A stretch of DNA of 64,000 nucleotides from an uncultured Alphaproteobacteria bacterium (GTDB taxonomy: Bacteria; Pseudomonadota; Alphaproteobacteria; Rhizobiales; Hyphomicrobiaceae), in the NCBI GenBank assembly GCA_963786675.1, contig CAWAZY010000001.1:157102-221101 (forward strand), in the 5' to 3' direction. Positions 21,069 through 28,971 of this stretch are shown here, piece after piece. The notes under the pieces were generated by a model that was not told where the DNA came from, ran no database searches, and worked only from the letters and a program-made list of their open reading frames with translations. The position numbers were made by a program, and so were the translations under genes. Positions within the stretch are counted from its first letter, which is position 1, and each line of letters begins with the position of its first letter.

Positions 21069-22120
21069 ATGGACCTCGCCGTCGCAGACCGCTTGCGCCT
21101 TCACCACATCGAAGGTTTTCCCGCCGACCTCCTCGACCTCCCGTCCGGCAGCCTATGGCACCGGCTCGCGGGGCCCACGCTTTTCCACGTCGCTGGACGC
21201 CACGAACCGCCGCTGTTCGTGTCCGTGTTGCTCCACGGTAACGAGGACACCGGCTGGCAGGCCGTCCAGCAGGTGCTCAAACGTCACCGTCCAAAGCGCT
21301 GCACCGCTCGCTGCTTTTATTCGTCGGCAATCTCGACGCGGCCAAAGCCAACGTGCGCACGCTGCCCACCCAGGCTGACTACAACCGCGTCTGGCCCGGC
21401 ACGCTTTTGACCGCGACGCCCGAAGCCGCGCTCATGCGCGAGGTCGTCGACCACGTCCGTGCGCAGAAGCCTTTTGCATCCATCGACATCCACAACAACA
21501 CTGGCCACAATCCGCACTACGCCTGCGTCAACGAACTGGCGGAACCCTATTTCCATCTGGCCCGCCTCTTCAGCCGCACCGTCGTCTACTTCAAGCGCCC
21601 GCTCGGTGTTCAGTCGGCCGCGCTGGCGCCCATCTGTCCGGCCGTCACCGTGGAATGCGGCCGCGCGATCGACAGGGCGGGCATCGGACACGCCGCCGAA
21701 TTCATAGAGGCGGCGCTGGCCTTGACCGACTTCCCCGCGCATGCCGTGCCGGAGCACGATCTCGACCTGATGCAGACCCATGCCATCATCAAGGTGCCGC
21801 CCGGGGCCGACTTCTCCTTTGATGGCACCGACGCGGATTTTCGCTTCCACCCGGCGCTTGACCAATTGAACTTCTCAGAGCTTGCGCCGGGTACGTCCTT
21901 CGGCACCCTGGGCCGCACGCGGCAGGCCCGCCTTGAAATCCAGTCCGGCGGCGACGTGTCCGGCATCGCCGATTATTTCGACTACGCCGATGGAGAAATC
22001 CGGCTGACGAAGGCGGCAATCCCCGCCATGCTGACGCTGGACCCGCGCGCCATTCGACTGGACTGCCTCGGTTATCTGATGCACCGCATCGGGCGCGACG
22101 GGTCGCATACCGGCGCCTGA
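21069..22120 (+). pseudogene. AstE/AspA-type (succinylglutamate desuccinylase/aspartoacylase, M14-like) zinc hydrolase, interrupted by a 1-nt frameshift
   Basis: Track ORFs 21006-21410 and 21353-22120 are two halves of one protein. Frame A gives MDLAV...LFVSVLLHGNEDTGWQAVQQVLKRH (HxxE zinc motif). Frame B, open from 21242, continues ...SLLLFVGNLDAAKANVRTLPTQADYNRVWPG...DIHNNTG. One missing base in 21242-21300 would restore a ~350-aa ORF. Confidence 0.7.
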
Positions 22121-22138
22121 CACACAGGAGCGGCGTTC

Positions 22139-23686
22139 GTGAACGCGGGTGACACCACCATCTTCGAAGCCACACCCTCCCCCGCCGATCTGGCGCGCTT
22201 CGAGGCGTTCCAGGCGCAATTGGGTGAGCAGTTCCGCACGATCTTCAAGGACCCGCTTGCCCCGCGAACGATCCTCATCCTGCCGAGCCTCAGCCTCGAC
22301 CAGCAGGTCATGGAGAAGGTCTCCGGCGCGCATCACTACGAAGAGCGCATGCTCTGCCTCCTGCTGCTCTTGCGCCTGCCGCGCACGCGCGTCATCTACG
22401 TCACCAGCACCCCGATCTCCGGGACGATCATCGATTACTATCTCCACCTATTGCCCGGCATCCCTAGCGAACATGCACGCCGGCGCCTCAAGCTTTTCTC
22501 CTGCGATGATGGGAGACCGGCCGCGCTCACCGCCAAAATACTGGAACGGCCCCGCCTCGTTCAGCGCATCAAGGCGGCGATCGGCGATACGGCATCGGCG
22601 CACATGTCGTGTTTCACTGTTTCTGAAATGGAACGCCGTCTGGCATTGACGCTCGGCATTCCGATCTACGGCTGCGATCCATCCCTTCTCTATTGGGGCT
22701 CCAAATCCGGCTCACGTAAAATTTTCCGCGAAGCCGGTCTCGATTTTGCGGCGGGCTACGAGGATCTGGGCGACGCGGCAGACGTCGCCCGTGCGCTCAC
22801 CGAACTGAAAAAGGAAAAGCCGACGCTCGCGCGCGCCGTCGTCAAGATCAACGAAGGCTTCTCCGGCGAAGGCAACGCCGTCTTCGATTTTCGCGGCGCG
22901 CCCTCCGGCAGCGGTCTCCTGCCATGGGTTCGCGAGCGCCTGCCCGGCATGGCTTACGAGGCCCGGGGCATGACGTGGGATCTCTACGAAAGCAAACTCA
23001 AAGCCATGCAGGGTATCGTCGAGGAGTGGATCACCGGCGACGTCAAGGAGAGCCCGTCCGTACAATTCCGCGTCGATCCGGAAGGCACGCTCGACGCCAT
23101 TTCCACGCACGATCAGGTCATGGGCGGGTGCAACGGGCAAATCTTCCTGGGGGCGCGCTTCCCCGCGTCGGCGGATTATCGCCTGGATATCCAGCGCGAG
23201 GGCCTGAAAGCGGCGCGCGTGCTCGCGGACAAGGGCGTCCTCGGGCGCTTCGGCATTGATTTCATTTCCGTGCGGGAGAACAGCGGCTGGCGGCACTTCG
23301 CCGTCGAGATCAACCTGCGCAAGGGCGGCACCACGCATCCGCTGCTGATGCTCCAATTCCTGACCGACGGCCACTACGTGCCCGAGACGGGCGAATTCCG
23401 CACGCCGGGCGGCCATCAGCGCTGCTATTACGCGACCGATAATCTGGAAAGCCCGCACTATCGGGGGCTTTCGCCGGACGATTTGATCGACATCGCCGTG
23501 ATGAACGGCCTGCACTTCCATGCCACGACCGCCGAGGGTGTGGCCTTTCATTTGATCGGCGCGCTGTCCGAGTTCGGCAAGCTCGGGCTCGTGGCCATCG
23601 GTGAGACCCACCGGCGTGCGGAGGAATTCCACCTAAAGACGGTCGCGGTTCTGGACCATGAAGGCGGGGCCGTCGCCGGCACCTGA
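22139..23686 (+). CDS. ATP-grasp ligase, PGM1-like (peptide/carboxylate-amine ligase family)
   Basis: 515 aa with a GTG start and AGGAG ~10 nt upstream. ATP-grasp core features include VVKINEGFSGEGN and the E-x-N Mg/ATP motif in FAVEINLRKGGTTHP. Overall length and layout match PGM1-related ligases as I remember them; this needs HMM confirmation. Confidence 0.6.
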   Translation: MNAGDTTIFEATPSPADLARFEAFQAQLGEQFRTIFKDPLAPRTILILPSLSLDQQVMEKVSGAHHYEERMLCLLLLLRLPRTRVIYVTSTPISGTIIDYYLHLLPGIPSEHARRRLKLFSCDDGRPAALTAKILERPRLVQRIKAAIGDTASAHMSCFTVSEMERRLALTLGIPIYGCDPSLLYWGSKSGSRKIFREAGLDFAAGYEDLGDAADVARALTELKKEKPTLARAVVKINEGFSGEGNAVFDFRGAPSGSGLLPWVRERLPGMAYEARGMTWDLYESKLKAMQGIVEEWITGDVKESPSVQFRVDPEGTLDAISTHDQVMGGCNGQIFLGARFPASADYRLDIQREGLKAARVLADKGVLGRFGIDFISVRENSGWRHFAVEINLRKGGTTHPLLMLQFLTDGHYVPETGEFRTPGGHQRCYYATDNLESPHYRGLSPDDLIDIAVMNGLHFHATTAEGVAFHLIGALSEFGKLGLVAIGETHRRAEEFHLKTVAVLDHEGGAVAGT

Positions 23687-23698
23687 GGAGGTTGTCAC

Positions 23699-24148
23699 AT
23701 GCCAAAGCTTGCCCAATCCAACGTGCACCTCTTGTGCGCCGCGCTGGCCGGCGCCGCTCTCATCTGGGCGGCGGTTCGGCCCGCGACGGCCATGGCCGGT
23801 GAACCGGAAGAGGATTTTCGAGGGCTGACCGAATATGAGATCGCGTGCATGTCCTGTCACGGGCTCGACGGCAAAGGCGACGGTCCGCGGGCCAAGACAC
23901 TCTCCGTCATGCCAGCCGATCTGACGCGGATCGCCAAGGGCAGCGGCGGCACGTTTCCGCGCAGCGCCGTCTACGACATGATCGACGGCCGCGGCATCAT
24001 CCCGGCCCACGGGTTACGCGATATGCCGGTCTGGGGTCTGCGATACCGCGCGACGGCGGAACCCGGCGAGGACCCGGCCGAGGTGGAGGCCCGTGTGCGC
24101 GCCCTCATCGAGGCGCTCATCGACTATCTGGAGACGCTCCAGGAGTGA
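23699..24148 (+). CDS. Class I c-type cytochrome (periplasmic)
   Basis: 149 aa with a signal peptide, heme motif CMSCHG and the distal Met context RDMPVWG. GAGGAGG lies 7 nt upstream of the ATG, and the start is 12 nt after the ATP-grasp stop. Confidence 0.8.
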   Translation: MPKLAQSNVHLLCAALAGAALIWAAVRPATAMAGEPEEDFRGLTEYEIACMSCHGLDGKGDGPRAKTLSVMPADLTRIAKGSGGTFPRSAVYDMIDGRGIIPAHGLRDMPVWGLRYRATAEPGEDPAEVEARVRALIEALIDYLETLQE

Positions 24149-24237
24149 GGCCGGCCCCATAAACCGGAAACGAGCGGCCATCGGGATTGGCGGGGACCGG
24201 GCACGCGGCCATCTCCCGGTTCGGAGCCTGGCATGCT

Positions 24238-24945
24238 ATGCGACGTGCCATGAGCGACTCACCTGACCCCGCCCCCGCCCCGCACGATCCCAACCCACCG
24301 TCCAAACGCAAACGGACGGCCATCCTGATCTCCGGCCGCGGCTCCAACATGAAGAGCCTCGTGGAGGCCGCGCGGGATCCCGCCTACCCGTGCGAAATCG
24401 TGCTCGTGGTTTCGAACCGCCCTGATGCGCCGGGGCTCGCCTGGGCCAAGGCTGAGGGTCTCCCGGTCCTCGCCATGGACCATAAGCTCTACAGTGACCG
24501 TGCCCACTTCGAGAGCCAGCTGCAGGGGGTGCTGACCATGTCGCGCGTTGATCTTGTCTGCTTGGCGGGGTTCATGCGGCTGATGACGCCGGCGTTCGTC
24601 GAATCCTGGCGTGACCGGATGCTGAATATCCATCCTTCGCTCCTGCCGGCCTTCAAAGGCCTCGACACCCATGCCCGCGCCCTCGCGACGGGCGTGCGAT
24701 TTGCCGGCTGCACCGTCCATCTCGTCCGCGCCGAGATGGATGAAGGCCCCATTCTGGGCCAAGCCGTGATTCCCATTCTGGAAAATGATACTGAAGAACA
24801 CTTGGCCGCGCGGGTCCTTGCGGCAGAACATAGGATTTATCCGCATGTTTTGCGGCTATACGCCTCAGGATTGATAAATATCAACGGTGAGAAAGTATCG
24901 GTCCCTACCAGTATTGCCGGGTCCTGGGTCCAGTATTCGCCCTGA
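24238..24945 (+). CDS. purN: Phosphoribosylglycinamide formyltransferase
   Basis: ILISGRGSNMKSLV, NIHPSLLPAFKG and the VHLV..EMDEGPI motifs. The start is uncertain (24187, 24238 or 24250). Confidence 0.9.
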   Translation: MRRAMSDSPDPAPAPHDPNPPSKRKRTAILISGRGSNMKSLVEAARDPAYPCEIVLVVSNRPDAPGLAWAKAEGLPVLAMDHKLYSDRAHFESQLQGVLTMSRVDLVCLAGFMRLMTPAFVESWRDRMLNIHPSLLPAFKGLDTHARALATGVRFAGCTVHLVRAEMDEGPILGQAVIPILENDTEEHLAARVLAAEHRIYPHVLRLYASGLININGEKVSVPTSIAGSWVQYSP

Positions 24946-25240
24946 AGTTTGCTTAACGGCGGCTGCCACCGGGACCCAAGTGCCACCCGCGTTCGCTAAA
25001 TTGACGCGGCGCCACGGGGTATCATGGACACTTCGATCAGCGCGGTGTTAGTCAATCCGATCGGTTCATCAGCTTCTGTCCTGCCCATCCTTTAAGTGTG
25101 TCTGTGAGTGCCCGGATGGGGCCCAGGACAAAGCGACCCACGGCATCCGGTACCCGGTGCGGCGGTCCCCAAACATGGTGTCCGCGCCCGGCCGACAAGT
25201 CCGTATGAGAAGCCGCCCACAGCGGCTCGGAGACGAGAGC

Positions 25241-26605
25241 ATGACAGTCCAGCAAGCTACGGGGCACACGCAGGGCCTCGGCGAGGCGAGCAGCATCTGG
25301 TTTAAACTTTCCGCGCTCGCCAAGGGCGATCCGGACAACCCGATGCGCACCCTGCAAATGATGGCCGACCGCTATGGTCCGGTGATCGCGGTGAACATTG
25401 CCGATCAGCGGGTCATTTTCCTGACCGAGCCGGAACACTTCAAGCACGTCCTGGTCACCAAGGCCGACGACTACATCAAGTATTTCGACGGACTGAAGCC
25501 GGTGTTCGGCAAGTCCATGATCACCCACGACGGCAAGCTCTGGCAAAAAATCCGTATGCCGCAGCAGCCGGCGTTCCACCCGGACATGTTCGCCGAATAC
25601 ATTCCGTATTTTCTCGAGGCCATCAAATCAAAGATGGGCCTGTGGTCGGACCTCGCCGAGACCGGCGAAACGTTCGAGATGGTCGAGCAGACCTGGACGC
25701 TCGCCGCCGACATGATCTGCAAGGCGCTGTTCGATCGCGACATGCCGTTCAACCCGCACTTCGTCTACAAGTGCGTCAAGACCTACACCGACGTGATGAA
25801 CCACAAGTCCATCCGCCTGAAGGTGGTCAACGGCGAGGCGTTCGAACTCACCGAGGAGAACGCGGCCAAGGCGATGGAAGTCTGGGGCAACGTTCCGCCG
25901 ACGGTATTCAGCGCCGAGCCGCGCGAGGAGCGCGAGCGCACGCTGCTGAAAATGATCGAAGCGGTGACCGCCGATCCGGATGTGCCGGAGTTCGACCAGC
26001 AGCAGGCCATTGACGAGATCAAGCAATACCTGTGGGCTGGCACGGAGACGACCGCCTTGACGCTGGCATGGTCCATGTACCTGACCTCCAAGCATCCCGA
26101 AGCTGCCGACCGCATCCGCAAGGAAGGCGAAGCGACCTACGGTGACCGCGAACCGACGGCGGCCGACTACTCCGCTCTCGCCTACACCCGCGCCGTCATT
26201 CAGGAGACCATGCGGCTGTACCCGCCCATCTGGGGTCTCATCCGCGTCGCCACGAAGGACGATCAAATCGGCGGCAAGGACGTGCGTCCCGGCGATCGCG
26301 TCGTGATGTTCTCGTACGGCGCCCACCACAATCCGAAGTTCTGGGACAGTCCGGAAGAGTTCCGGCCCGAGCGCTGGATGGGTTCGACCAAGGGCCAGGT
26401 AAAGTATTCCTACCTGCCGTTCGGCGCCGGCAAGCGGTCGTGCATCGGCGGCGCCATGAGCCAGGTTGAGAACACGCTCGCCCTATCCATTCTGCTGCGC
26501 CGGTTCAGGCTCGAATACATGGGCACCGAACCGCCGGGCATCAACGGAACGGTGACACTTACGCCGAAGGGCGGACTCAAGTTCCGGGTGCGCGAACTGA
26601 GCTGA
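25241..26605 (+). CDS. Cytochrome P450 monooxygenase
   Basis: Track ORF trimmed to ATG 25241, with GGAGA 7 nt upstream. I-helix WAGTETT, K-helix QETMRL, PERW, and the Cys-ligand loop FGAGKRSCIGGAMS are present. No redox partner gene is adjacent. Confidence 0.9.
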   Translation: MTVQQATGHTQGLGEASSIWFKLSALAKGDPDNPMRTLQMMADRYGPVIAVNIADQRVIFLTEPEHFKHVLVTKADDYIKYFDGLKPVFGKSMITHDGKLWQKIRMPQQPAFHPDMFAEYIPYFLEAIKSKMGLWSDLAETGETFEMVEQTWTLAADMICKALFDRDMPFNPHFVYKCVKTYTDVMNHKSIRLKVVNGEAFELTEENAAKAMEVWGNVPPTVFSAEPREERERTLLKMIEAVTADPDVPEFDQQQAIDEIKQYLWAGTETTALTLAWSMYLTSKHPEAADRIRKEGEATYGDREPTAADYSALAYTRAVIQETMRLYPPIWGLIRVATKDDQIGGKDVRPGDRVVMFSYGAHHNPKFWDSPEEFRPERWMGSTKGQVKYSYLPFGAGKRSCIGGAMSQVENTLALSILLRRFRLEYMGTEPPGINGTVTLTPKGGLKFRVRELS

Positions 26606-26627
26606 TCGAAGGCGTGGCCCAATAAAC

Positions 26628-26660
26628 AAACGGCGCCCGTGGAACACACGGGCGCCGTTT
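26628..26660. terminator. Bidirectional rho-independent terminator between the convergent P450 gene and the small secreted-protein gene
   Basis: Stem AAACGGCGCCCGTG (26628-26641), loop GAACA, then CACGGGCGCCGTTT (26647-26660). A-run on the 5' side; only a short T-run (the stem's terminal TTT, then CGCACTTTTA) on the 3' side. Confidence 0.75.
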
Positions 26661-26685
26661 CGCACTTTTAAGCCGCGACGGCAGC

Positions 26686-26952
26686 TCACTTGGCCTTGAG
26701 CATCGCATCGATGGCCGTGATGTCGGCTTCCGCGCCCGCCAGATCATTGGCCGCGCATTTGGCTTCAAGCTTGGTCAGCATGGCCTCCAGCTGCTGGCCC
26801 TTGGCGGTCTCCAGCTTCTTCTTCGCACCCGCCTCCGCAAGCGCAAAAGCCTTGTCGAGACAGGCCGCCTTGTTGGCCGGAGGGGCCGCGTGAGCGACCG
26901 GAACACTGGCGGCGGTGACCAGCACAACGGCCAGAGCTGCGATAAAACGCAT
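26686..26952 (-). CDS. Small secreted helical protein (88 aa), unknown function
   Basis: Track ORF trimmed to MRFIAALAVVLVTAASVPVAHAAPP (signal peptide). The mature part is Ala/Lys/Glu-rich with two Cys residues. Confidence 0.55.
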   Translation of the reverse strand: MRFIAALAVVLVTAASVPVAHAAPPANKAACLDKAFALAEAGAKKKLETAKGQQLEAMLTKLEAKCAANDLAGAEADITAIDAMLKAK

Positions 26953-27005
26953 GGCAAAGATCCTTTCCGAACGTGGTCGTTTTGAACACACCAACGATGA
27001 CATGG

Positions 27006-27833
27006 CTACTGAATGCCATAGGCGCACACGGTGGCGCGGCTCCCTAGATTGAAAGCGGGCAAATAATTCAACTCGATCCGGTCAATGCCGCGGCGATTGC
27101 CTCGCAGGTCAATGGGTTGGGTCTCGCTGCCTTCTGGAATGACCGCGCGCACGCTGAAGTCGTCAGCCTGTCCGTTCCCGTAGACAATGCGCACACGGAC
27201 GAGGCGCACCTTGTTGCCCTCGGCGGTGAGCTTGATGGCCCGGAAGCGGCCTTCATCGAGACCGACGCGAATGACATCCTTGTCGTCAATGAGACCCACA
27301 CGCTGGCAGCCCAGATCCTCCCAGCGTGCACCGGGGCGATTGGGCCTCCACACTTCACCCATGACGGCGACGCGCGCCGGGCCATATGGGCGATAAATCA
27401 CCTCAATCTGCTGGATGCCGCGGCGTTCGCCACGAACCTCGACGGGCGGAAGATTGGTTCCGGCCTTGATGATCTTGTTGATCGGGAAACGCTGTAGTTC
27501 GTTGTTGCCGTAGCGGACCTGGATTTCCACGACTTCGATGTCCGCATCGAACACCTTCAAGCCAACCCGGCCGAAGGCGACGTTACCGGCTTTCGGCTGG
27601 ACCACTTCGCGTTCCAGTCGCGGGGCGGCTTTCACCACGCCGAATGTTTGCCACACACCCTGTCCGCGACGTTCGTCGTGAAAGTAGCGATCGCCGACAT
27701 CCGGCCGGCCCCGCTCCGCGCGGTCGCCATCCCGCTGGCGATAGGTTTGAGCGTCGGGCATCGCAGGCCACAGCACCATGACGCTCAATGTTATTGCGGC
27801 GCACAGCGACGTACGTGTCCATTTTTGTGCCAT
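27006..27833 (-). CDS. Secreted protein built from two tandem ~85-aa homologous modules, unknown function
   Basis: Start at ATG 27833, with GGGAGG 6 nt upstream. Signal peptide, then an internal duplication: FGRVGLKVFDADIEVVEIQVRYGNNELQRFPINKIIKAGTNLPPVEVRGERRGIQQIEVIYRP versus FRAIKLTAEGNKVRLVRVRIVYGNGQADDFSVRAVIPEGSETQPIDLRGNRRGIDRIELNYLP. Confidence 0.65.
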   Translation of the reverse strand: MAQKWTRTSLCAAITLSVMVLWPAMPDAQTYRQRDGDRAERGRPDVGDRYFHDERRGQGVWQTFGVVKAAPRLEREVVQPKAGNVAFGRVGLKVFDADIEVVEIQVRYGNNELQRFPINKIIKAGTNLPPVEVRGERRGIQQIEVIYRPYGPARVAVMGEVWRPNRPGARWEDLGCQRVGLIDDKDVIRVGLDEGRFRAIKLTAEGNKVRLVRVRIVYGNGQADDFSVRAVIPEGSETQPIDLRGNRRGIDRIELNYLPAFNLGSRATVCAYGIQ

Positions 27834-28089
27834 TTCGTGCCTCCCTTGCATGCCCGGCGCGCCAGTTCATCCGGCGGCATTGGTCGCGCGAGCCTTCGCC
27901 CCGCGTTTCCATTGATGCCATCAAAGTCGTTGGAATACGGATTTATTTAGGCGCGTTCACGCGCGCAATAAGGAATCTCATCTGATGTGGTGAACGCACG
28001 CGATGCCAGAAGCGAGAGGTCCAAGCAGGCCGGCGCCCTGCGAGACTATTCCACCACCACGTGATCAGCGCCGGTATTGATGGGACCTC

Positions 28090-28119
28090 AAAAAAAGATC
28101 GGGCCCACTGGGGGCCCGA
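28090..28119 (-). terminator. Rho-independent terminator of ndk
   Basis: Hairpin TCGGGCCC-ACTGG-GGGCCCGA (28099-28119). On the minus strand it is followed by a T-run (+ strand AAAAAAAA at 28090-28097), ~50 nt after the ndk stop. Confidence 0.7.
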
Positions 28120-28169
28120 CCGGTCGTCAAATAAAGGTGGAATCGAGTGATGCGTGCCCGCGATGCGGG

Positions 28170-28592
28170 TCAGCCGACGATCTCGTCCAGACGGAAATTC
28201 AGCGCGATCTCGCGCTCGGCGGAGGCGGCGCTATCCGATCCATGCGTTGAATTCTCGCCCTTGGAGACCGCGAACTGCTTGCGGATGGTGCCGTCGGCGG
28301 CTTCCTTGGGATCGGTCGCACCCATCACTTCGCGATACTTGGCGATGGCGTTCTCGCCTTCCAGGACCTGGAGGACGATCGGACCCGAGGTCATGAAGTC
28401 GACCAGTTCGCCGAAGAACGGGCGAGCTTTGTGCTCCTCATAAAATTTCTCGGCCTGGGCGCGCGTCCAGCGCACGCGCTTCTGGGCCACGATCGTCAGC
28501 CCGGCCTGCTCAATCACGGCGTTGACCGCGCCGGTGAGATTGCGGCGGGTGGCGTCGGGCTTGATGATCGAAAACGTGCGCTCAATGGCCAT
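28170..28592 (-). CDS. ndk: Nucleoside diphosphate kinase
   Basis: 140 aa: [14 protein letters not shown]..., with the active-site context NSTHGSDS. Confidence 0.95.
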   Translation of the reverse strand: MAIERTFSIIKPDATRRNLTGAVNAVIEQAGLTIVAQKRVRWTRAQAEKFYEEHKARPFFGELVDFMTSGPIVLQVLEGENAIAKYREVMGATDPKEAADGTIRKQFAVSKGENSTHGSDSAASAEREIALNFRLDEIVG

Positions 28593-28971
28593 CGTGTCGG
28601 GTCTCCGTTTGAAGGCATTCGAATTTTTGGAAGTTGAGCGGCCTTATAGCTGCGGCCTTGGAGGCCAGCAAGCGCGGCCCTTCGCCCTGCGGGACTTGCG
28701 CGCAAGTCCCCGCGCTGCCGCAGTCACGCCGCTCAAATGCCTGGATTGTAGCAGCAAATCCGCGCGCCGCGCCGCTACGGAAACCTGTATGCCTCGCATT
28801 TGGAAAGAGTAATGTTCAGCTTGGATTGACGCCGCCGACGCGAAAGACCACAAATCCGCACATTGGCGTGGCACCGTTCCATGCTCTACGCCTAGAGGCG
28901 TAATTTCCGGATTCTCGCTGCGGCGCTCAGGTCCGGGGCCTGAAACTGGATGATTGAAGCGAGGCCTACTC

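Noticed and set aside
25001-25025. Possible sigma-70 promoter TTGACG...TATCAT upstream of the P450 gene
   Set aside because: The spacer between the hexamers is only 13 nt, which is incompatible with a canonical -35/-10 promoter.
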